Source: Paraspadella gotoi (taxonomy: Eukaryota > Animalia > Chaetognatha). Taken from it: a stretch of 64,000 nucleotides of DNA. Location of the stretch: the NCBI GenBank assembly GCA_051294375.1, contig CM119263.1, positions 5,392,823-5,456,822 on the forward strand, read 5' to 3'. Numbering within the stretch: the first letter of the stretch is position 1; each line of letters opens with the position of its first letter. The translations under genes were made by a program, and so were the position numbers. Under the pieces are notes generated by a model. The model did no database searches. It saw only the letters and a list, made by a program, of their open reading frames with translations, and was not told the DNA's origin. Shown piece after piece: positions 12,781-27,408 of the stretch.

Positions 12781-15700
12781 ATTAGCCTTCTGCCTTTGAC
12801 GTTTGGCAAAAACCGTCGATCAATCGTATCTTTTTTCTTCATTTATTCCTTTTTTTCCCTTTTTTTCCCTTTTTTTCCTTTCTTTTTTGCTGTTTCCAAT
12901 TATTACTTTTCCTTCATTTTTCTTTTTCCCCCTTTTCACTTCATCTTTTTCTCATTTTTACTCCATCATTACAACATTCTTTAACACATTTTTAAACCCG
13001 TTCTCTAACACATATTGCCTAAATATTTTTTCTTTCCTTGTCCACATCCTATTTTACATCTATTTCCGTAATCCACTTCCATTTCCACTTCCTTTCTCTC
13101 TCAAAATCCCAACAGAAACCGCATCCTCAAACCCACACATGGATAATTTAGTCCACCTCCTCAACAAAGTCTCCACATCCTTTCAAAAGCGCACATCCCT
13201 CTCCACATCCACCTAACCAACACCTTCACAGTCAAACTCCGTCTCTAGAGCCTCAGGCGTCGATCTGAGGGTTTTTCGATTCCACGTCAAAGACGGACGA
13301 CGATGACGACGATGCCGACGATGACGACGATGACGACGATGACAGCAACGAATACCGAGGCAAAGCCAAATCTTTTGTGACAAAAAGAGAAAGCTAAAAA
13401 AATAGATATATATAGCTATCTTTTTTTTATCCTTGATGGTTTCCTTCTTGTTGTTGATGTTGTTGTTGTTGTCGTTTTTTATTGTCGTTGTTGTTCTTCA
13501 TGTTCACATTTTCACTATCACTCTACATCAATCGATGGCACCTGATAGACCGAGAAAAACTATCTTTTAAGCAATAAATTGTTTTCGCTGCGAACCACGA
13601 GTTTCCATTCTTTTTGGCGGCAAATTTTAAAAAAACTCTGGAATTTTATCGCCTTTTGGTGTGAAGTGTTTAAGATAAAGTAAAAGTTAATTTTTGGAAA
13701 GGATTTTAGTTTCACACCTCCCGGATTTCACTGTAACGTAGGAGCTTCTTTGTCTAAGTCGCGTCGTACGTAGCCTTAGGTTTAGAGCTCGAATCTCGCT
13801 GAAGGTTTGCTGATCTTTGATCTTAGTTTTGAAATTTAAATAGTATTATGTGACTTTCAATTTTTATAAAATGATCTAGTATATAAAATAGAATAAATCT
13901 AAAGCATAAAGATAAACTCTCATGTAAGAATCTCAGAAGCTTTAATTTTTTTCATTTTTTTTCTTTTCCGTTTCATCTTTTAAATTTCTGATTCTCGACG
14001 AAAACTTTTTTACAATTTATTTTCTTGTATAAAGAAGTTTCATTCAAACTTGTTGACAGTCGTCATTGTTGTCGTCGTCGTCGTCGTCATCCTCGTTGTC
14101 GTCGTCATCGTCGTCGCCATGCTCGTCGTCATCGTCGTCGCCATCGTCGTCGTCGCGGTTTCGTCTTCCTTCTCAAAAATCGTGTGGGAAAAACAAAAAT
14201 CGAAGAGACAAAAAATTCTCTCTGTTTTTTGCCTCAAAATCTGAGTCGCGAATAAAAAAGTCTCTCTCACTTTGTTTTTTTTTGTTTCGTCCTTCGTTTT
14301 TCTTTTCTGTTCTATTCATGTTTATCTTTTGTTTCTTCGTTGGTTGTAGCAATTTTATAATCAAAAAATTTCATCGATATTTTTATGGATAAAAAGAGAA
14401 AACTGCAGATAGAAGATCAGATAGAAGACAGAAGATAGAAGATAGAAGATCAGAAAGAGATTTTGCGAAGAAATCGATTCACAAATTTGCATAATATTTG
14501 CGTAGAGGGGAACTATATGTAGATTGTCCTTTATTCATGATGACATATTGACTAATGAGACACGTTTTTTTCCCTTTCTTCAAATCGCGAAAAAGTTTAA
14601 AGTCGAAAATGAGAGACAAAAATTGTGACATCGAAAAAGTCAGTTGCGTTACTTAGACTGAAGGTAAAAAAATGATTTTGGTGGCAGGATTTAGAATTTG
14701 GCCGCAATGAGAAATGAAATTTAATGAATAGTTTTAGATTTAGTTTAAAGTTCAATTTTTTTTATTATTACTTTTATTTCTAATTTTATTTTTAATTTTA
14801 GTTTCGTCATTTCAATATTTTTTTCACAATTATTTATTGAAATTGCGGAGATTGTCAATTTTATTAATCACTTCGGAGTTAAGACGCCCTTTTTTTACCT
14901 TTTTCCCGTTTTCATTTTTTCCATTTTTCCCTTTATCCCTTTTTCTTTTTTCCCTTTTTCCCTTTTCCCCCTTTTTCTCTTTTTCCTTTTTCTCTCCTTC
15001 CCTTTTTCTCTTTTTCCCTTTTTCCATTTTTCAATTTTTCCCTTTTTCCATTTTTCCCTTTTTCCCTTTTTCCCCTTTTCCCTTTTTTTCTTTTTCCCTT
15101 TTTTTCTTTTTCCTTTTTTCTCTTTTTTCATTTTCCTTTTACCTGCCCGTATTTACATTTGGCAATCAATATGAATATTATCTCTCACTTAATAAAATTT
15201 TAAAGACTTTTTTAACTTTACATTTTTGTCTGTTTTTTTCTTCTTTTTTTCACCCAAACTTTCACTTTTTTCTTAACTTTTGTTTCCAAAATAGAAATTT
15301 GTGAACGAAGAACATTTTCGTCGTTCACGTTTAAGTCACGAGAAGATTTGTGAATCGCGCGGGAGATTTGTGAATCGCTGGGGGTGGCCCGCGAGGCCGA
15401 GGGGGGGGGTTAGCCGACTCAATCAAAAAAAAAGGCCTCGATAGTGAAAAGGGTCCCTTTGTGAAACGGGCCGAGGAAGGAAAAAGGAGGCCTCTCGTGA
15501 AAACGGCCGTTTCATGAAAAAAAGAAGAAAACGTTTCGAGAAACGAGAAAAGAATGAGGTTCTTGGTTCTTTTTTTATTTTTTTTCGGTCGTTGAGGAAA
15601 ATTAAAAACGAAGACGATAAAAAATTGGGACTTTTTACTTATGTGTCTTTCTTAAAGTTTACCGATTTCACGTTTATTTTTCTAATAATATTTTTTTAAA

Positions 15701-17963
15701 ATTCCCTAAAACAAAATTCTTTAATTTCTTTAATCTTTTATTTCTTTCTTTTTGGTATTCTTTTTTTTTTAAATTGACACCTTCCTGTTACTTATCACTT
15801 TCTCACTTTCTTCGCTAAATCTCCTTTTTTACGTTTTTTTGGGGAAATTTTTTGGTTACCAGTTAATATTCAAAATTTCTGTTATCTTCCTAAATCACCC
15901 ACTCACCCACTCAGTCACTCAGCCACTCACTCACCAGCCCAACCCAATTTTTTCCCGCTCGTGAATTTATCACCGAAGCCTTTTTCTTTTATCGGTGAAT
16001 GATTCACAACAATTTATCGCTTTTCACGATTCGAGGCCGCAGAGTTTCACCGAATAGACCCATGCTCATTGCCCGAACCCCCGCGTTTAAAAAAATTGTT
16101 TACTATCGAGTTACAATAAAATGTGTTACAATTTGCTCAGATTTTTCGGTTTTTGCTTCGAAAGTCATTCGTCACAAAATTCGAATTTCGATCTCAAAAA
16201 ACCAAAATCCATATTTCAATTTTCAAACGTTCAGAAATTTTCGTTCGATCCCCCGCTCCCTTCAGAAAGAGATGAGAGAGAGAAGAGAAGAGGAGAGAGG
16301 GAGAGAGAGAAGAGAGAGCGAGAGAGAGAGAGAGGATGGAGAGAGAAGAGAGAGAGAGAGAGAAGTTTTGTAAAGTGGGGAATTAGGAACCAACAGGTCG
16401 AATCCTCTCAAATCTTATTGATATACGACTCGTTTTTTGCCCATAGCGCTCCTCTCTCTTCTCGTCTTGCCTCTTCTCTCTCCTCCTCTCTCTCTTTCGT
16501 TCTCATCTCTCTCTCTCTCTCTCTCTCTTTTCACTGATCAACGTGACTGAAAAGAACTCATGGGTGAAACTCGGTCCTGCAACGCGTCTCTCAACTCGAT
16601 GGTGAAGAGCTAAATTCGCGTCAATTTCTAGACGGCGATTTTGGTCAGTATCTTAATTTGAAGTCCAATATTTTTTGACGTGAATATGGCAGTCATTTTG
16701 GCTTAAAAATCAGGTCAATTTTTGTTCATTTTGACAAAGAAAACCAATCTCGATCGTGGTTTTAAGTCAATTTTAAGAGCTTGAATCATTTGAATTAAAG
16801 TAACGAAATGCGAAGTTAATGTCATGTATTATAAAATTTCCAAATGTAAAACTTCATCCGTCAGAATAATATTGTAGCAATTTTAATGATGCGTATTGTG
16901 TAGAACTAACAATTTTTTTCCAGTTTTCTGTTTGCCTCACAACGCGGGAGGGCGGGTGGTTTTATGTTGCGCGCATAAATATTGTTAAATTAAAGCTCAT
17001 TTCACATCAACCTCTCCTCTCTCTCTCTCTCTCATCTCTCACTCTCTCTCATCCTTCTATCTCTCTCTCTCTCTCTCTCTCTCCTCTCTCTCTCCTCTCT
17101 CATCTCTCTCATCGACTTTTTTCACTTGGCAAATAATCCTGCGGCTCCTTCCCATTTCCTTTTCATTCGTAAAATTACGTTCCATAATTAAAAACATTCT
17201 TATGATTCAAGGGTAAAGAATTTAAAAGAACTGTGAACTCTAAGATAAAGTGCGGGCGGCAAAAATTTTTATCAGAACATTATTTTTTTTTTCGTATTAA
17301 TAAATTTTTTGGTCGAAAAGAATTTTGGTCTTTTGTTTTTGTATACTAGAGTTCGGTTTCAGCGTTTTATCGTTTTAGCTTTTAGCTTTTATATCGTCTA
17401 CGCTTTTAGATTTTTAAGCTATTAGCTTTATAGCTTTAGCTTTCCTGTTAATACAGATATAAAAGTTTTTATAGGATAGAAATTATAGTATGAGTTTTGT
17501 GTTTTCCACGGATCGGAGAAAACGCGGTTTACGTCTCTGAATAGACGAGAGGGCAATATCTCGGCTTAAGTGTCATTCTTAGCATTGCACTGTCCTCTGT
17601 CTCTTCCTTCTCCTCTCCCTCTCTCTCAATAACGTCTCTTCTCGTCTCGTCCTCATCTCTCTCACTAACTCTCCAGCTCTCGGTCTCATCTCCTCTTCCT
17701 CGTACTCGAGACTCGTACTTAGCTCATAGGGCGTCTTACCTCAGTACACCCTACGTCTCTCTGTCTCTACGTCATCTTCGTCTGCTCTGCGGTCTACCTC
17801 TCTCTCTCTTCGTCTTTATTCATTCCCATCATAAACTGGGCAAACAATGGCCATCAAAAACTCCGCCCACGGCTTCGTAGTTCCGAAAATCCCGTTGTTT
17901 GAAATCGGTTAAAAATCTCCCTCTCTCTCTCTCCATCGGCGTTTTCGCTGTTAACTTCTGTTT

Positions 17964-18045
<82 letters not shown>

Positions 18046-18201
18046 AGAAGAGAGAGGAGAGAGAGATGCATGATGTGAAACAGACTTAGATTTCAGTTCA
18101 ACCCTGAGGCTTGAAAGCGGAAGCAAAAAGTGTGAGAGTTTTGAGAAGTGAGAGAATGAGAAGGAAAAAGAGATGAGAGAGAGAGAGAGAGAGCGAGAGA
18201 G

Positions 18202-18243
<42 letters not shown>

Positions 18244-18343
18244 GAAGAGAGAGAGAGAGAGAAGCCTCCGGGTTTGCTAACCGGATGAATGCTTTTGAAA
18301 AATAAAAACAAACACCGAGGACCAATTTGGCTCAAGAGAGGAG

Positions 18344-18412
<69 letters not shown>

Positions 18413-18511
18413 CGAATATATCCTCCCAGAGAAAGAGAGATTGAATACAAAAAATTGAATACAAAAAAAGAGAGAAAAAGAGAGGAAGAGAGACAGAGAG
18501 AGAGATAGAAC

Positions 18512-18545
<34 letters not shown>

Positions 18546-20367
18546 CCATGGGAGAAAAAAAATCGATGGTTTATTTTTTTGTTTCGTTTTTGTCCTTTGT
18601 TTAGATTTTTTTGGGTCTAAACAAAAAAGCAAAGATTTAGTCTTTTTTTTCATCTCATAAATTCTTTTTTTATTTATTTTTAAAAAATTTATTTGAAATG
18701 AATTTGTGATGAGAATCGAGACGGAATGAGGTGAGTGGTGATAGGGGGAGCGGTGAGTGGTGAGAGAGAAGTGGGCAAGCGGGTGAGTGGTCAGAGGTGA
18801 GTGGATAAGAAGTGAAGTCATGATCTGGTGAATTTTGATTTGATGAGTGATAAGAGAAACACTTGAGTGTAGACCAGTGACTTAAAATTAAATGACTTAA
18901 AGTTAAATGGAATTAAGTGAGTGGTTTAATGTAGTATTTTGTGCCAAATAAATTGGTAAATAATGCATGGTAAATATGTAGTGAATTTTAAGAATTGTCT
19001 TATTATCCTCAGTGGTTAATAAACGAGATGCATCGAGTTCTCACTGATTAATATAGAAGTGAGAGGACCCAAAGTGGTGATTGGTTAATTCACAGACTTC
19101 GTGAGTGGTGACAGTCGCTTTGACGAAAAATCCTTTTGAAATCTGGAGACGAAATTTTAATGAAATAAAAAAGCGAAAAAAAAAACAAAACAAATAAAAA
19201 AAAGAAAAAGAAAGAAAAAAAAGAAAAAAAGTGAATCGATAAAAGACGAAGTTTCACTTTTGGACGAAATTCAACGCGTGAAATTCACCGAGAGAAAATT
19301 AATTTGGCCGTTGGGGGGAAAAGTGGCGTTTGAGGTGAGACGGATAATAAAATATATTTTTGCGAATATTAATTTTAAAAAATATAAAAATATGAAATAT
19401 AAAAAGTACAATAACAGAATAATTGAAATAGAAGTATATCAAAACACCTTGTCAGATAATTATTACAAGTGTCACATCTTTCGATGTACGACGATTTAAC
19501 TATGTTATTTAACTCCGATTTAATTCTGTTTATTCCCTCTTTAAAAAAAACCCCAACGTCGCCAGATTCACGTTTTTCACGCCGCAGAGGGAACGCCTGC
19601 CTCTTTTTTCCTTTTTTTTTGTAATCGTCCGCTTTGTTTATGAGATTTTTTTGGAAACGCGAGTAAACAAAAGAAGCTCGTTCGTGGATGGAAATCTGAA
19701 TTGGGATCGAGGGAGTCTACGTCAATTTATATTCAAATTTAAAATTAACACTTTGTTATTTTATTTATTTTTCTATACAATAAAAGTCACATAAATCTAA
19801 GCAAGAATCTTTTTTTTTTTTTTTATTTCCTTCCCGATATTTTAGTTCCGTGCTTGATTTTCGTGGCAACATTCCAAGAATATCAATGAGGAAATAAAGA
19901 AATCAAAAATAAAACTTCTTTGTTACATTGTTGATTTACACTTTATTTATGCCAGATTGGTGAGCTGTTTGTGTCGGCATGTGTAGACTTGTGTCGGCAT
20001 GTGTGGACTTTTGTATAGATTTTTTTTTATATATAAACTAAGAGGGTAATACATACGTAATGAACAGATAGACAAAATATTTACGATTATATACAGCAAC
20101 AGCATTACTTTAAGTTTAATTATACAACAATGTCTTTTATTAAAGTCTAAATTGAATCTGAACCCCCCAAAAAAACCCTTACGCCCCCTTCCTTCCCCCC
20201 CTACCAAAATAACTTTCGAAGGGAAATTCGTACTCTAGAAATTTTTTGACTAAACTCGACTTTTTGTGATTTTGAATTAAGAGGAACGAATGTTATGTTT
20301 TCGTGATTCCGAGGAAAATTAGGAATTAGACCGAAATAAAATGAATTGTAAACAAGAAAGAGAGGGA

Positions 20368-20422
<55 letters not shown>

Positions 20423-20744
20423 AGAGAGGAGAGAGAGAGAAGAGAGAGTGAAAGAGACATTCCAGAGAAATAAAAGAAAATAAAATAATGGATAAAATAA
20501 AGAAAACTAAGAAAATTAAAAGATTCCCTAAATGGATAATATGAAGAAAATAAAGAAAATGAAAAAAACAAAAAAACAAAGAAAATATAAAAAAACAAAG
20601 AAAACAAAGATATTTAAGAAAATAAAAAAAAATGAAAGAAAATGAAGAAAATGAGGAAGACAGAAAAAAATCAAGCCGACGAAACTCACGTCACATAGGA
20701 GAGAGAGAGGAGAGAGAGAGCAGACGATGGAGAGAGGGGAAAGA

Positions 20745-20788
<44 letters not shown>

Positions 20789-21067
20789 GAGTAGTTAGAG
20801 AAAGAAATGGGGAAGATGAAAAACATAAAAATCGATAAGGAAAGAAGAAGAGACGGAGACAGAGAAGGAGACAGTGAGTCGGAGAGAAAAGACGGAACGA
20901 GACAGAGAGCGAGACGACGACGACGACGACGAAAAAGGGAAAAAAGTCGATTTGAGTCCGAAATGTGTATCGCGGCTCCACAAAAGAAATCCGCTTTTTT
21001 TCTTTCGCTCTTTTTGCTCTTTTTTCTCTTCCATTTGCTTTTCAATTTTGTAATCGACGAAAAAGGA

Positions 21068-21126
<59 letters not shown>

Positions 21127-21399
21127 GAGTGAGACAAACAAAATTTGTGGTTCTCGGCCGCCGAGTGATTGGCAGAGAGAGAGAGAGTGAGACAGAGAGA
21201 AACAGAGAGACAGAAAGAGAGATAGATAGAAAAAAAGATAGATAGAGAGAGAGTCAGAGAGAGAGAGTCAGAGAGAGAGAGAGAGTGAAAGGCTAAGAGG
21301 CTTCGAGAAAAAACCTGGGCGAGAGTTCTGAGCTCTATTGATTGAGTGGTTGGAGAAGAGTCGTGTGTTGGTTGGGGGGAAATGACTGTAAAGGGTCAA

Positions 21400-21850
21400 T
21401 TGATTGGATGTGAAGTGATTGGGGGTGAAATGATTGAGGGAGAAGTGATTGGAGGTGAAGTGATTGGGGGTGAAAAGACTGTAAAGGGTCAATTGATTGG
21501 AAGTGTAGTGATTGGGAGTGAAGTGATTGAGGGAGAAGTGATTGGAGGTGAAGTGATTGAGGGTGAAGTGATTAGGAGTGAAGTGATTAAGGTTGAAGTG
21601 TTTGGGGTTAAAGTGATTGAAGATGAAGTGATTGAAGGTGAAGTGATTGAAGGTGAAGTGATTAGAAGTGAAGTGATTATGGTTGAGGTAATTGGGGTGA
21701 AGTGATTGGAGGTGAAGTGATTGAGAGGAAGTGATTGAGGGTGAAGTGATTGAAAGTGAAGTGATTAGGAGTGAGGTGATTAGAAGTGAAGTGATTGAGG
21801 GTGAATTGATTTTCAGAGAAGTGATTTGATTTTAAACGTGAAGTGATTCT
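21400..21850. repeat. 15-bp minisatellite (TGAAGTGATTGRRGG)n
   Basis: About 25-30 units. Explains the EVIEG/EVIGG ORF. Confidence 0.9.
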
Positions 21851-22169
21851 TCAGAAACTTGTTCCATTTTTTACAACATAAGAACAATTTTTAATTGTTT
21901 AAATTTTAATTAATTTTATTTAATTAACTGTTTTTTTTTCTCTCTATTTTATGTTTTATGCTTAGACTTAGTCTGTCTTTGTTTGTTTGTTTGTTGATGA
22001 TGATTGTACTGAATCAACCTCGTTGTATTCGAATAAAATCGCATATATTAAAGTGGTGAAGGAGAAGGCGGAGAGGGTTTTTAGGGGGTGAAGATTCATG
22101 GTCAAATTTACAGGTGCTGCAGCGTCTTATGTTGCTGCAGATTAGTATGCTACTTCTGAGTTGCTGCAG

Positions 22170-22245
22170 TAGATTTCGCTGCTCCTGCTGCTGACTAGTT
22201 CATTTCGCTGCTCATGCTGCTGCGTAGTTTATTTCGCTGCTCCTA
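22170..22245. repeat. ~29-bp tandem repeat x3 (atttcgctgctcctgctgctg..tagtt)
   Basis: Three units at ~22173, 22202 and 22231. Confidence 0.7.
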
Positions 22246-22502
22246 AAGTTGATAATTCTGCTCCTATTGCTGCGGTGTAGAAGGGCGAGAAAAACTGGTG
22301 CTGGGTTGAAAGAGGCTTTTTCGGAGGCTTAAGACGAGGGAGGCAGCTGCGTTGGTGGCGGCAGATGCGGCTGAGGCGGCGGTGGCGGCGGCGGCGGTGA
22401 CCGGCATCGCCTTTCGAAAGAAATTTATGGAGAGAACCTATTTTCGTTTTTCTCTTTCAGTCAACAGCACTTTCTTCAACGTCACCTCATCCACCAGCAA
22501 CA

Positions 22503-22503
<1 letters not shown>

Positions 22504-22541
<38 letters not shown>

Positions 22542-22544
22542 GGC

Positions 22545-22593
<49 letters not shown>

Positions 22594-22612
22594 GGCAGAC
22601 AGACAGACAGAC
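22504..22612. repeat. (GACA)n microsatellite
   Basis: Direct observation. Confidence 0.95.
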
Positions 22613-23719
22613 ATCGCTTCTAGACGCGACTAACAAAGGTCTGGGTTTGAGAGTGGGCTTGCCTGGACTTGCCCAGCCTTGGGCTTGTGATGTTAGGCTT
22701 CCGAGGGGCAGGAGACCGAATGTTTTCCCAACCAGTGACCAAAGTGACCAAAGTGACCATCACTTCGAGTGACGATAATCGATTGTGATTTTCTCTTCCG
22801 CTTTTCCATTCACATCCGATTTGACTGTGAATTTTGGTGATGAAATTCGAAAGGACGCCAAAAGTTATTCCACTTTTATCTTTTCTTTTCTTTTTTTTTC
22901 TTTCCTTTCTTTTCTTCTTTTTTTTCCTTTTTTCTTTTCTTTTCTTTTCTTTTCTTTTCTTTTCTTTTCTTTTCTTTTCTTTTCTTTTCTTTTCTTTTCT
23001 TTTTCTTCTATCATCTTCTCTTTTCCATTCCATCGTATCTGACTTATTACGTCTCTAAACATCCATTAATCGTTAAAAATGGATACATGGGATTTTCATA
23101 AACCCTTTCTCTTCCTCCTATTCCTCCTCCTCTTTCTCCCCTCCTCATCTTCCCCCTCCTAATCTTCCCCCTCCTCTTCCTCCCCTCCTCTTCCTCTTCC
23201 TCCTCCTCTTAAAAATTTTCTCGAATTCTCAAAGTTGAAGTTTTTTCTTTCGAATTCGGACTTAAAAACTTCGATGGGAAATAGAGAGAGAAGAGGCGGT
23301 AGGTGGGGGTACGTGGGGGTAGAAGGTGGAAGTTAGGGGTGGATGATGTGAGAGGTCGGACTGAGGGGAAGATAGAATATGAGAGGGAGAGGGTGAAAAA
23401 GGAGAGAGAGAGAGAGAGAGAGTGAAGATAATTTTTCAGCGGAAAATGAGCAGAAAAGTTTTCCTTGATTTTTTCCAACCTCATTTTAATAGTAGCAAAT
23501 TAATGTCAAGGCACAAATAAATTCGAAATATCTATTTTATTCAGTTATAAATATTAATGGTAAAAAAAAACACACTGAGTAACAAGAGGAAGAAATAATA
23601 GAACCTCAGGGGTCAGCTTAGTTGAGCCTTATCGAGCTCGTAACCTTGAGGCAAAATATGGGAGATCCTTTCCTTTGCATCACGAAAAAAGGTGAGAGAA
23701 TAATAGATAGGGAAAGCCG

Positions 23720-23905
23720 AAAACAGAAAAGAAAAGGTAAGAGAAGAAAAGAGGAGATAAGCTAAAAATAAAAGAAAAGGTAAGAGAAGAAAAGAGGAGA
23801 AAAGCCAAAAAATGAAAAGAAAAGGTAAGAGAAGAAAAAAGAAGAAAATACGAAAAATGAAAAGAAAAGGTAAGAGAAGAAAAGAGAAGAAAAGCCGAAA
23901 AAGGG
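23720..23905. repeat. ~45-bp purine-rich minisatellite (gaaaaggtaagagaagaaaaga..)
   Basis: Four units at ~23731, 23775, 23820 and 23864. Confidence 0.75.
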
Positions 23906-24279
23906 AAAGAAAAGCAAAAGGAAAGACAAAAATGTAAATTAAAAAAAAAGGAAAGAAAGGCCCCACAAAAAAAGAGAATAAAAGCCCCAAAAAAGGAAAG
24001 ATAAGCCTAGAGACTAAAAGAGAAGAAAGAAAAGATAAATCCTAAAAAAAAAGACGGAAGCAAAGCCGGAGGCGAGACTGTGTGGCTCAAGTATAGACCA
24101 AGCATACTGAAGATACTGAAGTTACTGTCGATGCTTAACCCGAAGCAGATGCCCCAAAGAGTAGAAGTTCCTTCCTCGTTGATTGCGTCAACATCCGGGA
24201 GGCGTAACGGAATTCAGGTCAACATCCGGGGGCGAAGGACGTCGGCGACTGATTAAGGAGAGTTCGATTTTATAGGTGA

Positions 24280-24302
24280 GAAAGAAAGAAAGAAAGAAAG
24301 AG

Positions 24303-24372
<70 letters not shown>
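24280..24372. repeat. (AAAG)n microsatellite; another at ~33470-33550
   Basis: Direct observation. Confidence 0.95.
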
Positions 24373-24639
24373 CAATGAATCTGGCAAACGGACAGACAGA
24401 CAGATAGGGAGACAGACTGACAAACTCACATTGAGAATCGCCGAATCAAAAAATCCCTTCGGTTCGAATTATTTCCGACGAAACAAATTTTTTAGCGATA
24501 AAAATGATAAAAAAAATGATAAAAAAAATAATAATAAAAAAAAGATAAAACGAATTTAATCAGCGAAAAAAATGACAAACAAAACACAAAACAATTTTGG
24601 CTCCTGAATCAGACAGAAAAGGACCGAAACAAAGAGAGA

Positions 24640-24695
<56 letters not shown>

Positions 24696-25364
24696 CTTCT
24701 AGAGAGAGAGAAAAACTTAGAGAGAGAGACTTCGAGGAAGAGAGTTAGAGAGAAAGAGAGAGCCAGGGCCAAACCCACACCCAAACAAAGGAAGGACGGT
24801 TCACCCAAAGCGCCCTCTTTGGTCTTTTTCCTCTACGAAAGGATTAGCCTCGTATTCGTGTCAAATTAGCAATTTTATTTCTCGTATCAACTTTTTTTTT
24901 TTTCGAAAGAAGAATTTCGGTTTTTCTTTTTCTTAATTTCATTTCTTTTCTTTCTTTTAGATTTAATGAATCACCGTTTTCGTCGTCGTCGTCATTTTCT
25001 TCGTCGTCGTCTTCTTCATCATCGTCTCCGTCGTCGTCGTCGTCATTTTCTTCGTCGTCGTCTTGGCCCTCTTCGTCGCCACCCGTAATTTCGCCTTCGT
25101 CCCGCGAAAACTCCTCCTTTTTCGTCTCCCGAGAATTTTCTTCTTTCGTTCCTCCCACCCACCACCCACCACCCAACCCCACCACACCACCATCTCTACC
25201 ACCTCATTCCATCTCCTTCATTCGCTTCATGCTTTCTCCTTTCCCAAGCCTAGAAAATACTACAGTCCTGTGCAAAAAAAAAAAGAGAGAACACTCTTCA
25301 AACTTAAGCTGCGCTCGTTTTACGCACATATTATAAAAAAAAATTATGAATGATAAATATAGAT

Positions 25365-25700
25365 TTTAAAATGGGAAATCCATATGTGTAAGTTTAAAAA
25401 AAAGTGGTCCAAGCATTCAAGAGGTATAGCTCCCGAAAGACAAGTGGTCAAAAACATTCGTTATTTTAGTTACTACAAAAAAACATTTGGGAAGATCTGC
25501 CAAAAACTAAAGATACTTTTTAGCCTTAATTTATAGGCATTGTATTTATGTTTTAAAAAAATTATAGATGAGAAATAATGAGAAATAAGGACTTCTGAAA
25601 GAGGAATTTATATGTGTAACCTAAAAAAAAATCGGTTTAGTCATTCCAGAGCTACAGCACCTTAAACACAAGAGGTTAAAAATACTTAATTTTTTTTGCT
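25365..25700. repeat. Diverged ~230-bp tandem duplication, probably an internal repeat of a DINE/Helentron-like element
   Basis: atatgtgtaagtttaaaaaaaagtggtccaagcattcaagaggtatagc..acaagtggtcaaaaa (25382 on) recurs as atatgtgtaacctaaaaaaaaatcggtttagtcattccagagctacagc..acaagaggttaaaaa (25610 on). Confidence 0.5.
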
Positions 25701-26063
25701 CTATTAATCTGTTTGAGTACTTAGTAGATGTAACTTAGTAGTTACTTGTAAAAAATCACTGCTTCATAAAGGATAGCCGCATATTACAAAAATTTATACT
25801 AATAGTTCCTTTTTGCATAAATATTATTTACTTATAATATCTTTCATTTAAAAATAATTTAACTTCATTTATTTTCATAATGTTTATGGGTGTCCTCTTT
25901 TTTTTGCACAGGACTGTACTAGTAAAAAAAACAATTTTCGGTAAAATTGAAATCAAAATGAAAATGAAACCAAAATGAAAATGAAAACAAAGGTACAATG
26001 AGATTGAAACCAAAATGAAATTTCAAAGAAAACTGGAGCCGCTACCTCATTTTCACTTTCTAT

Positions 26064-26137
<74 letters not shown>

Positions 26138-26679
26138 CCGAGACCCGTCGGACCCAAACGGCTTTACTTTCCATTTTCATTTTCTGTTCCCATTATTCTC
26201 CCTCTCTCACTCTGTCTTTGTCTTTTTTTCCTTTACCACTCTCTCTCCTTTCTCTCTCTCTTTCCCTCTCTGTCTCTCTCTATCTCTCTCTTAGCCCCTA
26301 TCTTCTCCCATTTAAAACCGTAAAACCAAAATTCGTTTCCTGTCCGAGGGAAAAGAAAAAAAAGAAAAAAAAGAAATGATGAAAGAAAGAGAGAAAAAAA
26401 GAAAGAAAAAAGATAAGAGATGAAAATAGTATCAAGAAGAGTAAATCAGTGAGACAAAAGAAGACAAAAGTAAAATCTTCACTTAATCCTTTTATTGTAT
26501 AGTCTCTTTCCCCCTCTCTCTCCGTCTCTCTCTCTCTCTCCTCTTCCTCTCTTTATTTCAGTTTATAGATCTTCTTCTCTCCATTTTCCTTCCTCTATCT
26601 CTCCTTACCTTCGTACTTCACCTCGGATCTTTTCTTCCTTCGCGATCTCCTCTCGTTCTCTCTCTCTCTCTCTCTCTCG

Positions 26680-26724
<45 letters not shown>

Positions 26725-27373
26725 TCTCTCCCTCTCTCTCCCTCTCTCCCTCTCTCTCCATCTCTCCCTCTCTCTCCCTCTCAGGTGAGAAAGTAAAGCG
26801 AAGCCTATCGCGATGAATGATAATGGGATGTTTGAGTTACAGAGAAACGAGCAAACAACTTTGGGGATCTGGCCGGATACGGACTGGGCGACGGACAGAC
26901 GGACTGCGACAAAATCGGGAGAAGAAAGGGAAAAAAAAAGGAAATGGAGAAAAGAGAAGGATAAAGGAAAAGAACGAGAGAAAGAAAAAAGTGGGTAAAT
27001 CTGAAATGGCGACAGGAGAACATTGAAGGTCGATAGTGAATCGCTGTGGGGAAGAAAACATGCGGCACAGTGATCGTCTCTTCTTTTTTTAGAGTGGCAG
27101 ACGGAGAGAGAGAGAGAGGGGGAGGGAGAGAGAGAGAGAGGGAGAGAAAGAGAGAGAGANNNNNNNNNNNNNNNNNNNNNNNNNNNNNNNNNNNNNNNNN
27201 NNNNNNNNNNNNNNNNNNNNNNNNNNNNNNNNNNNNNNNNNNNNNNNNNNNNNNNNNNNNNNNNNNNNNNNNNNNNNNNNNNNNNNNNNNNNNNNNNNNN
27301 NNNNNNNNNNNNNNNNNNNNNNNNNNNNNNNNNNNNNNNNNNNNNNNNNNNNNNNNNNNNNNNNNNNNNNNNN

Positions 27374-27408
<35 letters not shown>

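Noticed and set aside
17350-17445. Telomere-like (TTTAGC)n tract
   Set aside because: Short, irregular and not a known telomeric unit; ordinary simple repeat.
21346-21705. Pentapeptide-repeat protein (EVIEG)n
   Set aside because: Translation of a 15-bp minisatellite that shifts frame near 21700; no splice or start context.
23605-24275. Two short unique segments ending in ag|gtgaga donors (23691, 24275)
   Set aside because: No pyrimidine-rich acceptors and no recognisable protein; cannot be supported without RNA data.
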